Shown one piece after another: positions 1 to 9,471 of a stretch of DNA of 64,000 nucleotides. The position numbers and the translations under genes were made by a program. How positions within the stretch are numbered: the stretch's first letter is position 1; the number at the start of each line of letters is the position of its first letter. This DNA is from Bacteroidales bacterium. Lineage in GTDB: Bacteria > Bacteroidota > Bacteroidia > Bacteroidales > JAIOZK01. The stretch spans positions 22,378-86,377 of the forward strand of contig JAIPBS010000013.1 of assembly GCA_021738625.1 (NCBI GenBank). Reading direction: 5' to 3'. The notes under the pieces are model-generated. The model saw only the letters and a program-made list of their open reading frames with translations, ran no database searches and was not told the origin of the DNA.

Positions 1-387
1 GGGGAATTCGTAAGGATAACGTGGCACCATCATCTGGAAACGGTATGCCAGGGCCTGCAGTTCGCAGTTTCCGCTTTTTTCACATGCCGGGCAGAAGTGG
101 TTTCCTTCAACAAACAGCATCTCAACGATGGCTTTGCGCATGTCGTTCAGCTCTGAAATGTCGTTCTCGATTTCCATACCCTGCTCAACCGGTGTGGTGC
201 AGGCGGTCATGATACGACCGGCGTTTTTAATATTACAAATACGGCATGAGCCTGCCGGGATTACATCGCGCAAATGGCAAAGGCTGGGAATGTAAACGCC
301 ATTATCTGCTGCGGCATCTACCAGATTCTGGCCGCGCTCGGCTACACATTCTTTTCCATCTATCGTAAATTTAACTTTTTCGCTCAT
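1..387 (-). CDS. hoxU: NAD-reducing [NiFe]-hydrogenase diaphorase small subunit HoxU (NuoG-like Fe-S protein); runs off the left edge
   Basis: Not in ORF track. Manual translation from ATG at 387: MSEKVKFTIDGKECVAERGQNLVDAAADNGVYIPSLCH...AGSCRIC...TACTT...GNHFCPACEKSGNCELQALAY. Shows 2Fe-2S and HxCxxCxxxxxC motifs and follows hoxF. Confidence 0.9.
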   Translation of the reverse strand, partial: MSEKVKFTIDGKECVAERGQNLVDAAADNGVYIPSLCHLRDVIPAGSCRICNIKNAGRIMTACTTPVEQGMEIENDISELNDMRKAIVEMLFVEGNHFCPACEKSGNCELQALAYRFQMMVPRYPYEFP

Positions 388-409
388 ATCTGATGTTGTA
401 TTTTATTGT

Positions 410-2206
410 TTACAAATTGGGTTTTCTTCCGACATAATCGCATGATTCTTCAACGGCTGATGCCAGGTCGAAGCCCGTGTCGAAGTCCTCATCCATTTTC
501 ACATGTTTCTCGTATTCCTCACGGAAGTTTTCGATGGATGTCAGGATGGGGTTTGCGGCTGTCTGTCCCAAACCACAGCGGTTTGCCATTTTGTTAAATT
601 TGGTCCAGTTTTTCAGTTCGTCAATCTCTTCCTTACCGGCTTTGCCCGACATGATCTTCAGGAGCTTGTCTTTGAGGATAACCGTATTGGCACGGCAAAC
701 CGTACATGAACCACATGATTCTTCAATAAAGAATTCGGTAAAGTTTAGTACGATATCTCTAAGCAGGTTCCTGTTATGTCCGATGATGATCATAGAACCG
801 CCCGTGGGCAAGTCTTCAAAACAAATCGTTCGTTTGAAATCCCTTGGGCTGATCAAAGTGCCCGAGGGTCCGCCAACCTGGATGGCCTTTACGTCCTCCG
901 CTCCTACCATTTCGATGATATCACGGATACGCATCCCCCATTCGATTTCATAAACACCCTGGTATTTGCAATCGCCTGAGATACTGAGCAGTTTGGTTCC
1001 GGCGCTTTCGCGCGATCCCATCATGGTAAACCAATCGGCTCCTTTTTCAATGATCCTTACCACGCTGCACAATGACTCAACATTGTTTACCACGGTAGGT
1101 TCGTCCATATAACCCTTTTGTACCGGGAAAGGAGGACGGTTTCTGGGTTCGCCTCTTTTTCCTTCGCAAGATTCGATCAAAGCGGTTTCCTCACCGCAAA
1201 CATAGGCGCCTGCTCCGAATTGAATTCGGATATCGAAATCAAAACCTTCCTTGCCCAGGATGTTTTTACCCAGCAGGTTGGCTTCACGCATTTCGTTGAG
1301 AACGCTTTCGAGATAATTCTTCAGGTATTTGTATTCGTAGCGTAGGTAAAGAATCCCCTGTTTGGCATCCAGAGCATAACCGGCAACGGCCATTCCTTCA
1401 AAAACAAGCTTTGGTTTTTCGGTAAGTAATACGCGTTCTTTGAATGTGCCGGGTTCGCCTTCGTCGGCATTGCACATCAGGTAGGTTTCTTCCGATTGCG
1501 TTCTGCGGCAGAAATCCCATTTCAATCCAACCGGGAAACCGGCACCGCCGCGTCCCCTGAGGTAAGAATCTTTCACAATGCCAACAACTTCGTCGGGAGT
1601 CATACCAGTAACCTTTTTCAAAGATGTACCGGTTTCATAGTCTGAGAAAAGAACCGGTCCTTTTTTTCTGATGTTGTTGAACACCATCGACTTTACAAGG
1701 TCGGAGGCATTGTGGCCGTCTCCGTATTTTTCAACCATTTCATCAATGGTTTTTCCGGCTTTCATGTCGAGCACCAGGTCCTTAACTTTGTAGGGATCGA
1801 GTTTGGTGAACACCTTACCGTTGATAATGGCGGCGGGTTCCTGGTCGCTCATTCCGATACAGGAAGTGGAATACAGGCCGATTTTTCCGTCTTCGCTAAG
1901 GGATTCAAATTTGCAACCGGCTTCTTTTTCAAAAGCTTCGGCCACATCTGCCCTGCCCATCATGTCGGCTACCGCACTATTGTTCAGGTAAACCGTGTAA
2001 TCCCCGATGTTATCACGTGTAAAGAAGTGATAAAAAGACAAGGTCTGAATCACATCCACTTTGGAAATGTTCAGGGTCTTGGCAACTTCTTCTATGGCCT
2101 CATCCGGAATGTGGCCATTTTTGCACTGGATTTCAAGTAGAATATCCATCAACCGGGTTGCGTCATTGTTGTATTCTTCACAAATACTTTTAACACTTTT
2201 TCCCAT
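410..2206 (-). CDS. hoxF: NAD-reducing hydrogenase diaphorase large subunit HoxF (NuoE+NuoF-like fusion)
   Basis: 598 aa. N-terminal NuoE-like domain, then LRGRGGAGFP, CNADEGEPGTFK, GAGAYVCGEETAL and ESCGSCTVCR...CGLG motifs. Adjacent to hoxU and hyp genes. Confidence 0.9.
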   Translation of the reverse strand: MGKSVKSICEEYNNDATRLMDILLEIQCKNGHIPDEAIEEVAKTLNISKVDVIQTLSFYHFFTRDNIGDYTVYLNNSAVADMMGRADVAEAFEKEAGCKFESLSEDGKIGLYSTSCIGMSDQEPAAIINGKVFTKLDPYKVKDLVLDMKAGKTIDEMVEKYGDGHNASDLVKSMVFNNIRKKGPVLFSDYETGTSLKKVTGMTPDEVVGIVKDSYLRGRGGAGFPVGLKWDFCRRTQSEETYLMCNADEGEPGTFKERVLLTEKPKLVFEGMAVAGYALDAKQGILYLRYEYKYLKNYLESVLNEMREANLLGKNILGKEGFDFDIRIQFGAGAYVCGEETALIESCEGKRGEPRNRPPFPVQKGYMDEPTVVNNVESLCSVVRIIEKGADWFTMMGSRESAGTKLLSISGDCKYQGVYEIEWGMRIRDIIEMVGAEDVKAIQVGGPSGTLISPRDFKRTICFEDLPTGGSMIIIGHNRNLLRDIVLNFTEFFIEESCGSCTVCRANTVILKDKLLKIMSGKAGKEEIDELKNWTKFNKMANRCGLGQTAANPILTSIENFREEYEKHVKMDEDFDTGFDLASAVEESCDYVGRKPNL

Positions 2207-2263
2207 ATAAACTACATTTAATTTTTGGATAATAAATTCTTTAATATCAGAAATTTAGGCTAT

Positions 2264-2281
2264 TTGTTAATTAATTAACAA
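2264..2281. promoter_or_regulatory. Rex operator upstream of hoxF
   Basis: Perfect 18-bp palindrome TTGTTAA-TTAA-TTAACAA, just downstream of a minus-strand TAATTTTG -7 element (2284-2291). Confidence 0.8.
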
Positions 2282-2370
2282 TCCAAAATTACTTCTTTTT
2301 TCGCATACAGCCCACTATTTCAAAAATTTAGAATGTATATAAATAGATTAGATGTTTTACATGCAGATAT

Positions 2371-2573
2371 TTAAATGTTTTTGTTTTTCACGAAATATGC
2401 AATCTCCTCCAGTATATTGATGATGTTAAATCACGCCGGACCTGTACCGGTTTCAAATTACACATTCTGGCCAGGTCATGGGAATAGATGTGCGCCTCCT
2501 CCAGGTATCTGTATTTTAACAGCAACCTTCGGTAGCGGCTTAAACGTTGTACTGTCCTGACAGGTAGTTTCAT
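2371..2573 (-). pseudogene. rex: Second rex paralog with a large internal deletion and frameshift
   Basis: N-terminal MKLPVRTVQRLSRYRRLLL...IYSHDLARMCNLKPVQVRRDL (Rex wHTH) is joined out of frame to NIINILEEIAYFVKNKNI*. That tail matches the C-terminus of the intact Rex (DMITSLEKVAFFVKTH). Confidence 0.8.
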
Positions 2574-2791
2574 CAGCACTGAATCCTTTTAGGCCTGCAA
2601 ATGTATCTACCATTTGTATGTATGTAGCACGGCTTTATAATTTAAATTCATTATCAATAGACCTGGTTGGCAGAATTTTTCTGGAAAAACAAGGAGCGGC
2701 AAATAATCGGGTTTCCTATTCGTTGGGAATAGTTAAGAATAAAGGTATGATGTCACCTTACATTAAAGGTGACTTATCTTTGCATTCTGCT

Positions 2792-5080
2792 ATGGAAATG
2801 AAGAAAGAAAATCAGAACAATATACAAGCTTTGGATATCAGTATTGCTGGCCTGGTGCAAGGTGTGGGGTTCAGGCCTTTTATCTTTAAACTTGCTTTGG
2901 ATCACGGACTAACCGGATGGGTTGAGAACCGGAACGACGGTGTGAAGATCCATGTGGAAGGAAATTCACCGGATATTGAATCGTTTTTCGGCTCCATCAA
3001 AGAAAAAGCACCTGTTGCTTCTCAGATTCATCAAATCAGCCAAACACCTTCCTCATTTAAGCATTATTCCGATTTCCGTATCGTCAAAAGTGAAAATATA
3101 TCAAATGATGTTACAGAGATTTGCCCGGATATTGCGGTTTGTGACCAATGCCTGACGGACATGCGCCAACAAGAACATCGCCTGCGCTATCCTTTTATCA
3201 ATTGCACAAACTGTGGTCCTCGTTTCACCATTATTAAAGACCTGCCTTATGACCGTGAGAAAACGACCATGCAGCCTTTTGTTATGTGCGAGCTTTGTCA
3301 TGAAGAATATACCAATATGCTCGACAGAAGATTTCATGCCCAACCAGTTGCCTGCAAGCGTTGCGGACCCAAATACGGTTTTCATAACAAACAGCTTCAA
3401 ACAGATGATCTTGAAGAAATACTGAAGAACGCATCACAGTTGATCGATAATGGAGAAGTTTTGGCCATCAAAGGGCTTGGAGGCTTCCACTTGGCCTGCA
3501 ACGCGCTGGACAACAAGGCTGTAAAAGAATTACGAAGCGAAAAAAACAGGGATGGAAAACCTTTCGCGGTGATGTTTCGGGATCTTGAAACCTGCAGGAA
3601 ATTTGCCCATTTGAGTGAAAAAGAGAAAAAACTGATCACCTCCTGGAGAAAACCCATTGTGCTTTTGAAAAGTAAAAAAGAACTGGCAGAGGATGTTTGC
3701 GTGGGCTTCGATACGGTGGGCGCCATGCTGCCATATATGCCGATACACTATTTGTTATTCGATAAATTGAAAACCGATGTGATCGTGCTCACCAGTGGCA
3801 ACATTTCCGACGAACCCATTCTGATCGATAATCAACTTGCAGGCCGTGAACTGGGAAAGATCACTGATCATTTTCTTGATTATAACAGGGATGTCCACAA
3901 TCGAACGGATGATTCGGTGACCATGGTGGTCAACAACAAACCTCGCCTGCTGAGGCGTTCACGGGGGTATGTTCCCAACCCGGTGAATACTTCCCTTGAT
4001 GTGGAGGGCATCATGGCTACCGGTGCCGAGCTTGTCAACTGTTTCTGCATAGGCAAGAACAAACAGGCGCTTTTGAGCCAGCATATCGGTGATCTGAAAA
4101 ACCTGGAAACCCTGGATTTTTATACCCAGACCATCGACAGGTTTAAGCAGATGTTCAGGGCAGAGCCCAAGTTGATCGCTGCGGATATGCATCCGGATTA
4201 TCTTTCCAGCAGATGGGCTGCTGAACAGGATTTGCCGGTTGTTAAAGTTCAGCATCACCATGCGCACATCGCTTCCTGCATGGCCGAACATGAACTGGAC
4301 GAAGAAGTGATTGGGATTGCAATGGATGGTGTTGGTTACGGTTCCGATGGCCATATCTGGGGTGGGGAATTTCTGCGTTGCGACCTGAACGACTATAAGC
4401 GGTATTTTCATCTCGAATACATTCCCATGCCCGGCGGCGATGCGGCAACTAAGCATCCCTGGCGGATGGCGGTATCTTACCTGTATCATTATTTCGGTGA
4501 AGATTTTCTGAAAGAGGATATACCTTTCTTAAATAAGATCGATCCGCATGAATTGTCTTTGGTCCGGGGCATGCTAAAAAACAACATGAACAGCCCGCTA
4601 ACTTCGAGCACGGGCAGACTGTTCGATGCAGTTGCAGCGCTCACCGGTCTTTGTCTCGACTCATCCTTCCATGCGGAAGCTCCCATGCGGCTTGAAAGCA
4701 TTATTGGTAGCAACCTCACAGATGCATACAGTTTCAAGATTGAAAATAATACCATCAGCCTGAAGCCTGCTTTCGAAGAAATACTCAGGGATATTGCACA
4801 GAATGAGGATGTCGGGACCATATCGGCCAGGTTTCACAATACCGTTATTAATATTAATTTTGAAGCCGCAAAAGCGATCAGCGAAGAGAGTGGTTTGAAT
4901 AAGGTGGTTCTTTCGGGAGGAACCTTTCAGAACCGCTATCTGCTCGAAAAAACTGAAAAGCTTTTACAAAAGAACGCATTCAACGTATACACCCACGGCC
5001 GGATTCCTGCCAACGACGGCGGTCTCGCGCTCGGGCAATTGTTGATTGCTGCAAAAAGAAGGAGTTTACAATGTGTTTAA
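2792..5080 (+). CDS. hypF: Hydrogenase maturation carbamoyltransferase HypF
   Basis: Acylphosphatase GLVQGVGFRPF, two Zn fingers (CDQC/CTNC, CELC/CKRC), KGLGGFHL, QHHHAH and PANDGG motifs. Start moved from 2618 to ATG 2792, after TATCTTTG at 2775. Confidence 0.95.
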   Translation: MEMKKENQNNIQALDISIAGLVQGVGFRPFIFKLALDHGLTGWVENRNDGVKIHVEGNSPDIESFFGSIKEKAPVASQIHQISQTPSSFKHYSDFRIVKSENISNDVTEICPDIAVCDQCLTDMRQQEHRLRYPFINCTNCGPRFTIIKDLPYDREKTTMQPFVMCELCHEEYTNMLDRRFHAQPVACKRCGPKYGFHNKQLQTDDLEEILKNASQLIDNGEVLAIKGLGGFHLACNALDNKAVKELRSEKNRDGKPFAVMFRDLETCRKFAHLSEKEKKLITSWRKPIVLLKSKKELAEDVCVGFDTVGAMLPYMPIHYLLFDKLKTDVIVLTSGNISDEPILIDNQLAGRELGKITDHFLDYNRDVHNRTDDSVTMVVNNKPRLLRRSRGYVPNPVNTSLDVEGIMATGAELVNCFCIGKNKQALLSQHIGDLKNLETLDFYTQTIDRFKQMFRAEPKLIAADMHPDYLSSRWAAEQDLPVVKVQHHHAHIASCMAEHELDEEVIGIAMDGVGYGSDGHIWGGEFLRCDLNDYKRYFHLEYIPMPGGDAATKHPWRMAVSYLYHYFGEDFLKEDIPFLNKIDPHELSLVRGMLKNNMNSPLTSSTGRLFDAVAALTGLCLDSSFHAEAPMRLESIIGSNLTDAYSFKIENNTISLKPAFEEILRDIAQNEDVGTISARFHNTVININFEAAKAISEESGLNKVVLSGGTFQNRYLLEKTEKLLQKNAFNVYTHGRIPANDGGLALGQLLIAAKRRSLQCV

Positions 5081-5334
5081 GCATACCTGCTAAAGTAGAA
5101 CAAATAGAAGGCTATTTTGCCCGTGTAACAGTGGGCGGAGCCACTTATCAAGCCAACCTGCAAATGCTCGATGATGTGAAAGTGGGCGATTATGTTTTGT
5201 TGCATACCGGTTTCGCCATACAAAAACTCAACGAAGAGGAAGCCAAAGAATCCCTGGAGGTTTTTGAGGATTTTAAAAAACTGAACGAACAACTGGATGA
5301 AGAGGAAAAAGATAAAGGCGAACGAATCGTATAA
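5071..5334 (+). CDS. hypC: Hydrogenase chaperone HypC
   Basis: MCLSIPAKV N-terminus and VGDYVLLHTGFAI motif. Confidence 0.95.
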   Translation: MCLSIPAKVEQIEGYFARVTVGGATYQANLQMLDDVKVGDYVLLHTGFAIQKLNEEEAKESLEVFEDFKKLNEQLDEEEKDKGERIV

Positions 5335-5348
5335 CTATCCGCGCTTTC

Positions 5349-6428
5349 ATGATTAAATTCATAGATGAATATAGAGACAGGGAGATTGTTGGTGAATTTG
5401 TTGAACGGATCAGAAACATCTCGAAAAAGCCCGTTAATTTGATGGAAGTTTGCGGCGGACACACCATGGCCATTCAGAAATTCGGCATTCCTTCCCTCCT
5501 ACCCGCTCACATCAATCTTTTGTCGGGACCGGGCTGCCCGGTATGCGTATCGAGCCGGCAATTCATCGATCATGCCGTGGCATTAAGCCGCTTGAATGAT
5601 ACTGTAATTGTTACTTTCGGCGACCTGATCAGGGTGCCTGGCTCAAGCTCAAACCTTGATAAAGAAAAAGCCTCCGGTGCAGATGTCCGGATTGTTTATT
5701 CCATTTTGGATGCTTTGCAAATCGCGCAACAAAATCCTGACAAGAAGATCATTTTCCTGGGTATCGGATTCGAAACCACTGCCCCCGGAACGGCTATTGG
5801 CATGCAGCAGGCAAAGCAAAAAAAACTTAATAACTTTTTCCTTTTAAGCTCGCACAAGATCATGCCTCCCGCCATGAAGGCATTGATAGATGAAGGTGTG
5901 AACATCAGCGGTTACATTGCACCAGGGCATGTGAGCACCATCACCGGTTCGAAGATCTATGAAGAACTATCTGAAAAATATAAAGTTGGCTGTGTGATCT
6001 CGGGTTTTGAACCCGTTGATCTGCTCAAAGCCATTTATATGCTGGTGAGGCAGTTTGAAGAAGAAAGGCCTGCTGTTGAGATCGCCTATAAACGTGCGGT
6101 AAATCGCGAAGGAAACATCAAAGCACAAAAGGCTCTTGAAGAAGTATTCATATTGAAAGAAGACTGGTGGAGGGGTTTAGGTGTGCTGCCTGAAAGCGGT
6201 CTGCAACTCAATGAAAAATACCGGGCTCTCGATGCCGGGAATTTCCAGGTTGAAATCGAGCCTACCCGGGAAGACAAAGGTTGCATTTGCGGTGAGATTT
6301 TAAAAGGTTTGAATACGCCTAAGGACTGCAAGCTGTTTGGCACGGCCTGCACCCCCCAGGACCCGGTCGGGGCCTGCATGGTAAGCCACGAAGGAGCCTG
6401 CGCAGCCTGGTATAGATACAACAGATAA
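5349..6428 (+). CDS. hypD: Hydrogenase maturation protein HypD
   Basis: MEVCGGHT, GPGCPVC, GFETTAP, PGHVS and GACMVSHEGAC motifs. Confidence 0.97.
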   Translation: MIKFIDEYRDREIVGEFVERIRNISKKPVNLMEVCGGHTMAIQKFGIPSLLPAHINLLSGPGCPVCVSSRQFIDHAVALSRLNDTVIVTFGDLIRVPGSSSNLDKEKASGADVRIVYSILDALQIAQQNPDKKIIFLGIGFETTAPGTAIGMQQAKQKKLNNFFLLSSHKIMPPAMKALIDEGVNISGYIAPGHVSTITGSKIYEELSEKYKVGCVISGFEPVDLLKAIYMLVRQFEEERPAVEIAYKRAVNREGNIKAQKALEEVFILKEDWWRGLGVLPESGLQLNEKYRALDAGNFQVEIEPTREDKGCICGEILKGLNTPKDCKLFGTACTPQDPVGACMVSHEGACAAWYRYNR

Positions 6429-6430
6429 AA

Positions 6431-7444
6431 ATGGACAAAAAGATACTACTCGGACACGGAAGCGGAGGAAAGCTCACAAGGGAACTGATCGAAAATCTAT
6501 TCGTCAAACATTTCAGCAATGAGGTGCTCGACCGGCAAAGTGATTCCGCTGTTTTGGACGTTCCGTCAGGGAAAATGGCATTCACTACCGATTCATTTGT
6601 GGTAGATCCTATTTTTTTCCCGGGAGGCGATATCGGCAAGCTGGCCATTGCCGGAACGGTGAACGATCTGTCCGTGTCGGGTGCGAAACCGCTTTGCCTG
6701 AGTTGTTCCTTTATTCTGGAAGAAGGCTTTCCACTTGCAGAGCTCGAAAAGATCGTGATTTCAATGGCCAAAGAAGCCCGCAAGGCGGAAGTCAGCATTG
6801 TTACCGGTGATACCAAAGTAGTGAACAAGGGCAAGTGCGATAAGGTGTTTATCAATACCAGCGGAGTTGGCCTGTTAAATGCTTCTTTCCAACACATCAG
6901 TACAGGTGATTATATACAGCCCGGCGATAAAATACTGGTCAATGGCAGCCTGGCCGATCACGGCATGGCCATCCTGGCTGCCCGCAACGAAATGAACCTG
7001 CATGCGGATATCGAATCCGATTGCGCTTCCCTGAATCATTTGATAAGAAAAGTGCTGGAAGCTGGTGTCCACGTTAAATTTATGCGTGACGCCACCCGGG
7101 GCGGGGCGGCCACGGTGCTTGCCGAGCTGGCTGAAAACAAACCCTTCGGCCTGGAGATCACCGAATCGAAAATCAAGATAGGTGAGAACGTAAGAGGAAT
7201 ATGCGAAATTTTGGGTTTTGATCCGCTTTATGTGGCCAACGAAGGAAAAGTGATCCTGGTTGTTTCAGAGGAGGATGCTGGCAAGGCACTTGAGATCATG
7301 CAATCGGATGAACTTGGAAAACAGGCGACCATCATCGGAGAGATCGTCAATCAACACCCGGGCAAAGCATGGCTCAATACAGGGATCGGTGGCAAACGCA
7401 TCATCGATATGCTTGCCGGGGAACAGCTACCGCGCATCTGTTGA
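6431..7444 (+). CDS. hypE: Carbamoyl dehydratase HypE
   Basis: HGSGG, FFPGGDIGKLA and MRDATRGG motifs; C-terminal PRIC. Confidence 0.97.
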   Translation: MDKKILLGHGSGGKLTRELIENLFVKHFSNEVLDRQSDSAVLDVPSGKMAFTTDSFVVDPIFFPGGDIGKLAIAGTVNDLSVSGAKPLCLSCSFILEEGFPLAELEKIVISMAKEARKAEVSIVTGDTKVVNKGKCDKVFINTSGVGLLNASFQHISTGDYIQPGDKILVNGSLADHGMAILAARNEMNLHADIESDCASLNHLIRKVLEAGVHVKFMRDATRGGAATVLAELAENKPFGLEITESKIKIGENVRGICEILGFDPLYVANEGKVILVVSEEDAGKALEIMQSDELGKQATIIGEIVNQHPGKAWLNTGIGGKRIIDMLAGEQLPRIC

Positions 7445-7846
7445 TCAAGTACCGTATTCCCGGTGAAATTTACGCAGGGCGGATTGCAGATCTTCAAACA
7501 TCACATAATGATTCTTGCATCCCCTGCGGGAACAAATGCTGACCACTCCTCCCATATCAATCAGGAACTTAACCATTGGAGCATCACAAATCTTGCATGG
7601 AATGTCACTGTTCAGGCTGTCGCCGCAATGGGGACAATAAAATTCAACAATTTCTTCATTCGCAATGTCAATTTCGCTTTCATGATCGTAGCAACCATAT
7701 GTTGAACATAAGCGTATGTTGCCATCCCGTCCGTTTACCTTGATTTTTGAATGAATACTCGGCAAATTGTTTATGAGGTTTTTGTAATCCATAAGCGAAT
7801 TGCCGCAAGACATACATTTAACGTTAAGTGAGATTTGCTTGGACAT
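7445..7846 (-). CDS. Cys-rich putative metal-binding protein of unknown function
   Basis: 133 aa with CMSC, CPHC, CKIC and CSRRGCKNH clusters. Lies antisense between hypE and hypA. Confidence 0.75.
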   Translation of the reverse strand: MSKQISLNVKCMSCGNSLMDYKNLINNLPSIHSKIKVNGRDGNIRLCSTYGCYDHESEIDIANEEIVEFYCPHCGDSLNSDIPCKICDAPMVKFLIDMGGVVSICSRRGCKNHYVMFEDLQSALRKFHREYGT

Positions 7847-7959
7847 TGGTATTTTCCTCCTTTTAAGTTTTTATATGGAATTAAGCATATGTAAATTTAT
7901 GTTATTCAAAAAAGAAAATCAAGAATGACACCATATAAATAATCATTCTAAATTACTCA

Positions 7960-7994
7960 TTGTTAATTGTTTAACATGGTTAATTTATTAACAG
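7960..7994. promoter_or_regulatory. Tandem Rex operators upstream of hypA
   Basis: TTGTTAA-TTGT-TTAACAT (7960-7977) and TGGTTAA-TTTA-TTAACAG (7977-7994), upstream of TACCTTTG (8002-8009). Confidence 0.7.
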
Positions 7995-8027
7995 TTATTT
8001 GTACCTTTGCAAAAAGAGCTGAAGCCC

Positions 8028-8369
8028 ATGCATGAAATGTCGATAGCCTTGAATATTGTTGAGATTTGTGAAGATGAAGTTAAAAAGGCCGGTGGGCAAG
8101 TAGTTAACCGGATAGAACTTGAGATCGGCACCTTGTCCGGTGTAATCCCGGACGCTATGGAATTTGCCATACAGGAGGCTGTTAAAGAAACCGTACTTCA
8201 ACAGGCAGAGAGAAAAATTCATCTAAAACAGGCAAAGGCACGTTGTCAAGAATGCGATCATACCTTTGACATTGATGACTTTGTTGCGGTATGCATTTCA
8301 TGTGGTAGTTTTAAGACGGAAGTCATACAGGGTAAAGAGATAAAAATTAAATCTCTTGTGGTAAGCTAA
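8028..8369 (+). CDS. hypA: Nickel metallochaperone HypA
   Basis: MHEMSIA N-terminus fixes the start at 8028; two CxxC motifs. Confidence 0.95.
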   Translation: MHEMSIALNIVEICEDEVKKAGGQVVNRIELEIGTLSGVIPDAMEFAIQEAVKETVLQQAERKIHLKQAKARCQECDHTFDIDDFVAVCISCGSFKTEVIQGKEIKIKSLVVS

Positions 8370-8442
8370 GGTTACATGATTATTTTGACCTGTCAGGTAA
8401 AATAATACCTAATTTTGCTCGTATTAATAAAAAATAGAAACT

Positions 8443-9324
8443 ATGTGCGGAACTTGCGGATGCGGTGAAGAAGGAACCGTTAGTATAAGAAAACCCGGTG
8501 AAGACACCGGTGAACACACACATTCTCATAGCCATGCTCATGATCATCAAGGACATGCTCATGAGCACAGCCATCAGCATAAACATGCCCACAGTCACGC
8601 GCATGAGGGGCATCAACAACATCATGAGAGCAGCCACGGTCATGAACATGGCGGCAATGGTCATCATCACCGTCATGAGCGGGAGATACAGTTAGAGATC
8701 GATGTCATGCAGAAAAACAATTTACTGGCTGAAAGAAACCGGGGATATTTCGAGGCAAAACAAATTCTTGCATTGAACCTGGTCAGTTCTCCCGGATCAG
8801 GGAAAACTTCACTGCTCGAAAAAACCATAAAGGATTTTAAATCTCAAAAAAAGATATACATCATTGAAGGCGATCAGCAAACCATGAACGATGCGGATCG
8901 CATTGAAAAGGCCGGTGCGCCTGTTGTACAGGTAAACACCGGAAGCGGTTGTCACCTGGATGCCGATATGATCAACAAAGCAGTGAAAATACTGGAAGTT
9001 GAAGATCATTCACTCTTATTCATTGAAAATGTTGGCAACCTGGTTTGCCCAAGCCTTTTCAACCTGGGCGAACAAAAGCGTGTTGTTATTGTTAGCACAA
9101 CCGAAGGGGAGGACAAGCCGATCAAATATCCCAATATGTTCCAGTCGTCGGATGTATGCATCATCAACAAAACCGATCTGCTACCCTACCTGGATTTTGA
9201 TCTTGAAAAGATGAAAGAATATGCATTGCGCGTAAATCATCAACTCGAATTTATTGAAATTTCTGTGAAAAATGGAGAAGGCCTCAACAAATGGTATGCG
9301 TGGCTGAAAAACCTTTCTTTATAA
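8443..9324 (+). CDS. hypB: Nickel-incorporation GTPase HypB with His-rich linker
   Basis: MCGTCGC N-terminus, His-rich tract, SSPGSGKT, GCHLDA, ENVGNLVCP and NKTD motifs. Confidence 0.97.
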   Translation: MCGTCGCGEEGTVSIRKPGEDTGEHTHSHSHAHDHQGHAHEHSHQHKHAHSHAHEGHQQHHESSHGHEHGGNGHHHRHEREIQLEIDVMQKNNLLAERNRGYFEAKQILALNLVSSPGSGKTSLLEKTIKDFKSQKKIYIIEGDQQTMNDADRIEKAGAPVVQVNTGSGCHLDADMINKAVKILEVEDHSLLFIENVGNLVCPSLFNLGEQKRVVIVSTTEGEDKPIKYPNMFQSSDVCIINKTDLLPYLDFDLEKMKEYALRVNHQLEFIEISVKNGEGLNKWYAWLKNLSL

Positions 9325-9391
9325 GCAAAACCCATAAGCTTTTTTCTTATTTGATTGCATGCCAGGCACCTATTATCGTTATTTTTTAACA

Positions 9392-9465
9392 ATGTTAATT
9401 TTTTAACAAATATTTTGTTTTTTCTAACTTCCTGGTTTAAATTTGCCATGTTAAATCTTTAACAG
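9392..9465. promoter_or_regulatory. Two Rex operators flanking the rex promoter (autoregulation)
   Basis: ATGTTAA-TTTT-TTAACAA (9392-9409) and ATGTTAA-ATCT-TTAACAG (9448-9465) flank TAAATTTG (9438-9445). Confidence 0.75.
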
Positions 9466-9471
9466 TGAATT

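Noticed and set aside
55-100. Possible frameshift at the T6 run in hoxU
   Set aside because: Recounting gives TGT GAA AAA AGC GGA AAC TGC (CEKSGNC), which is in frame.
8510-8680. His-rich low-complexity tract as a novel repeat
   Set aside because: It is the known Ni-binding His-rich linker of HypB.
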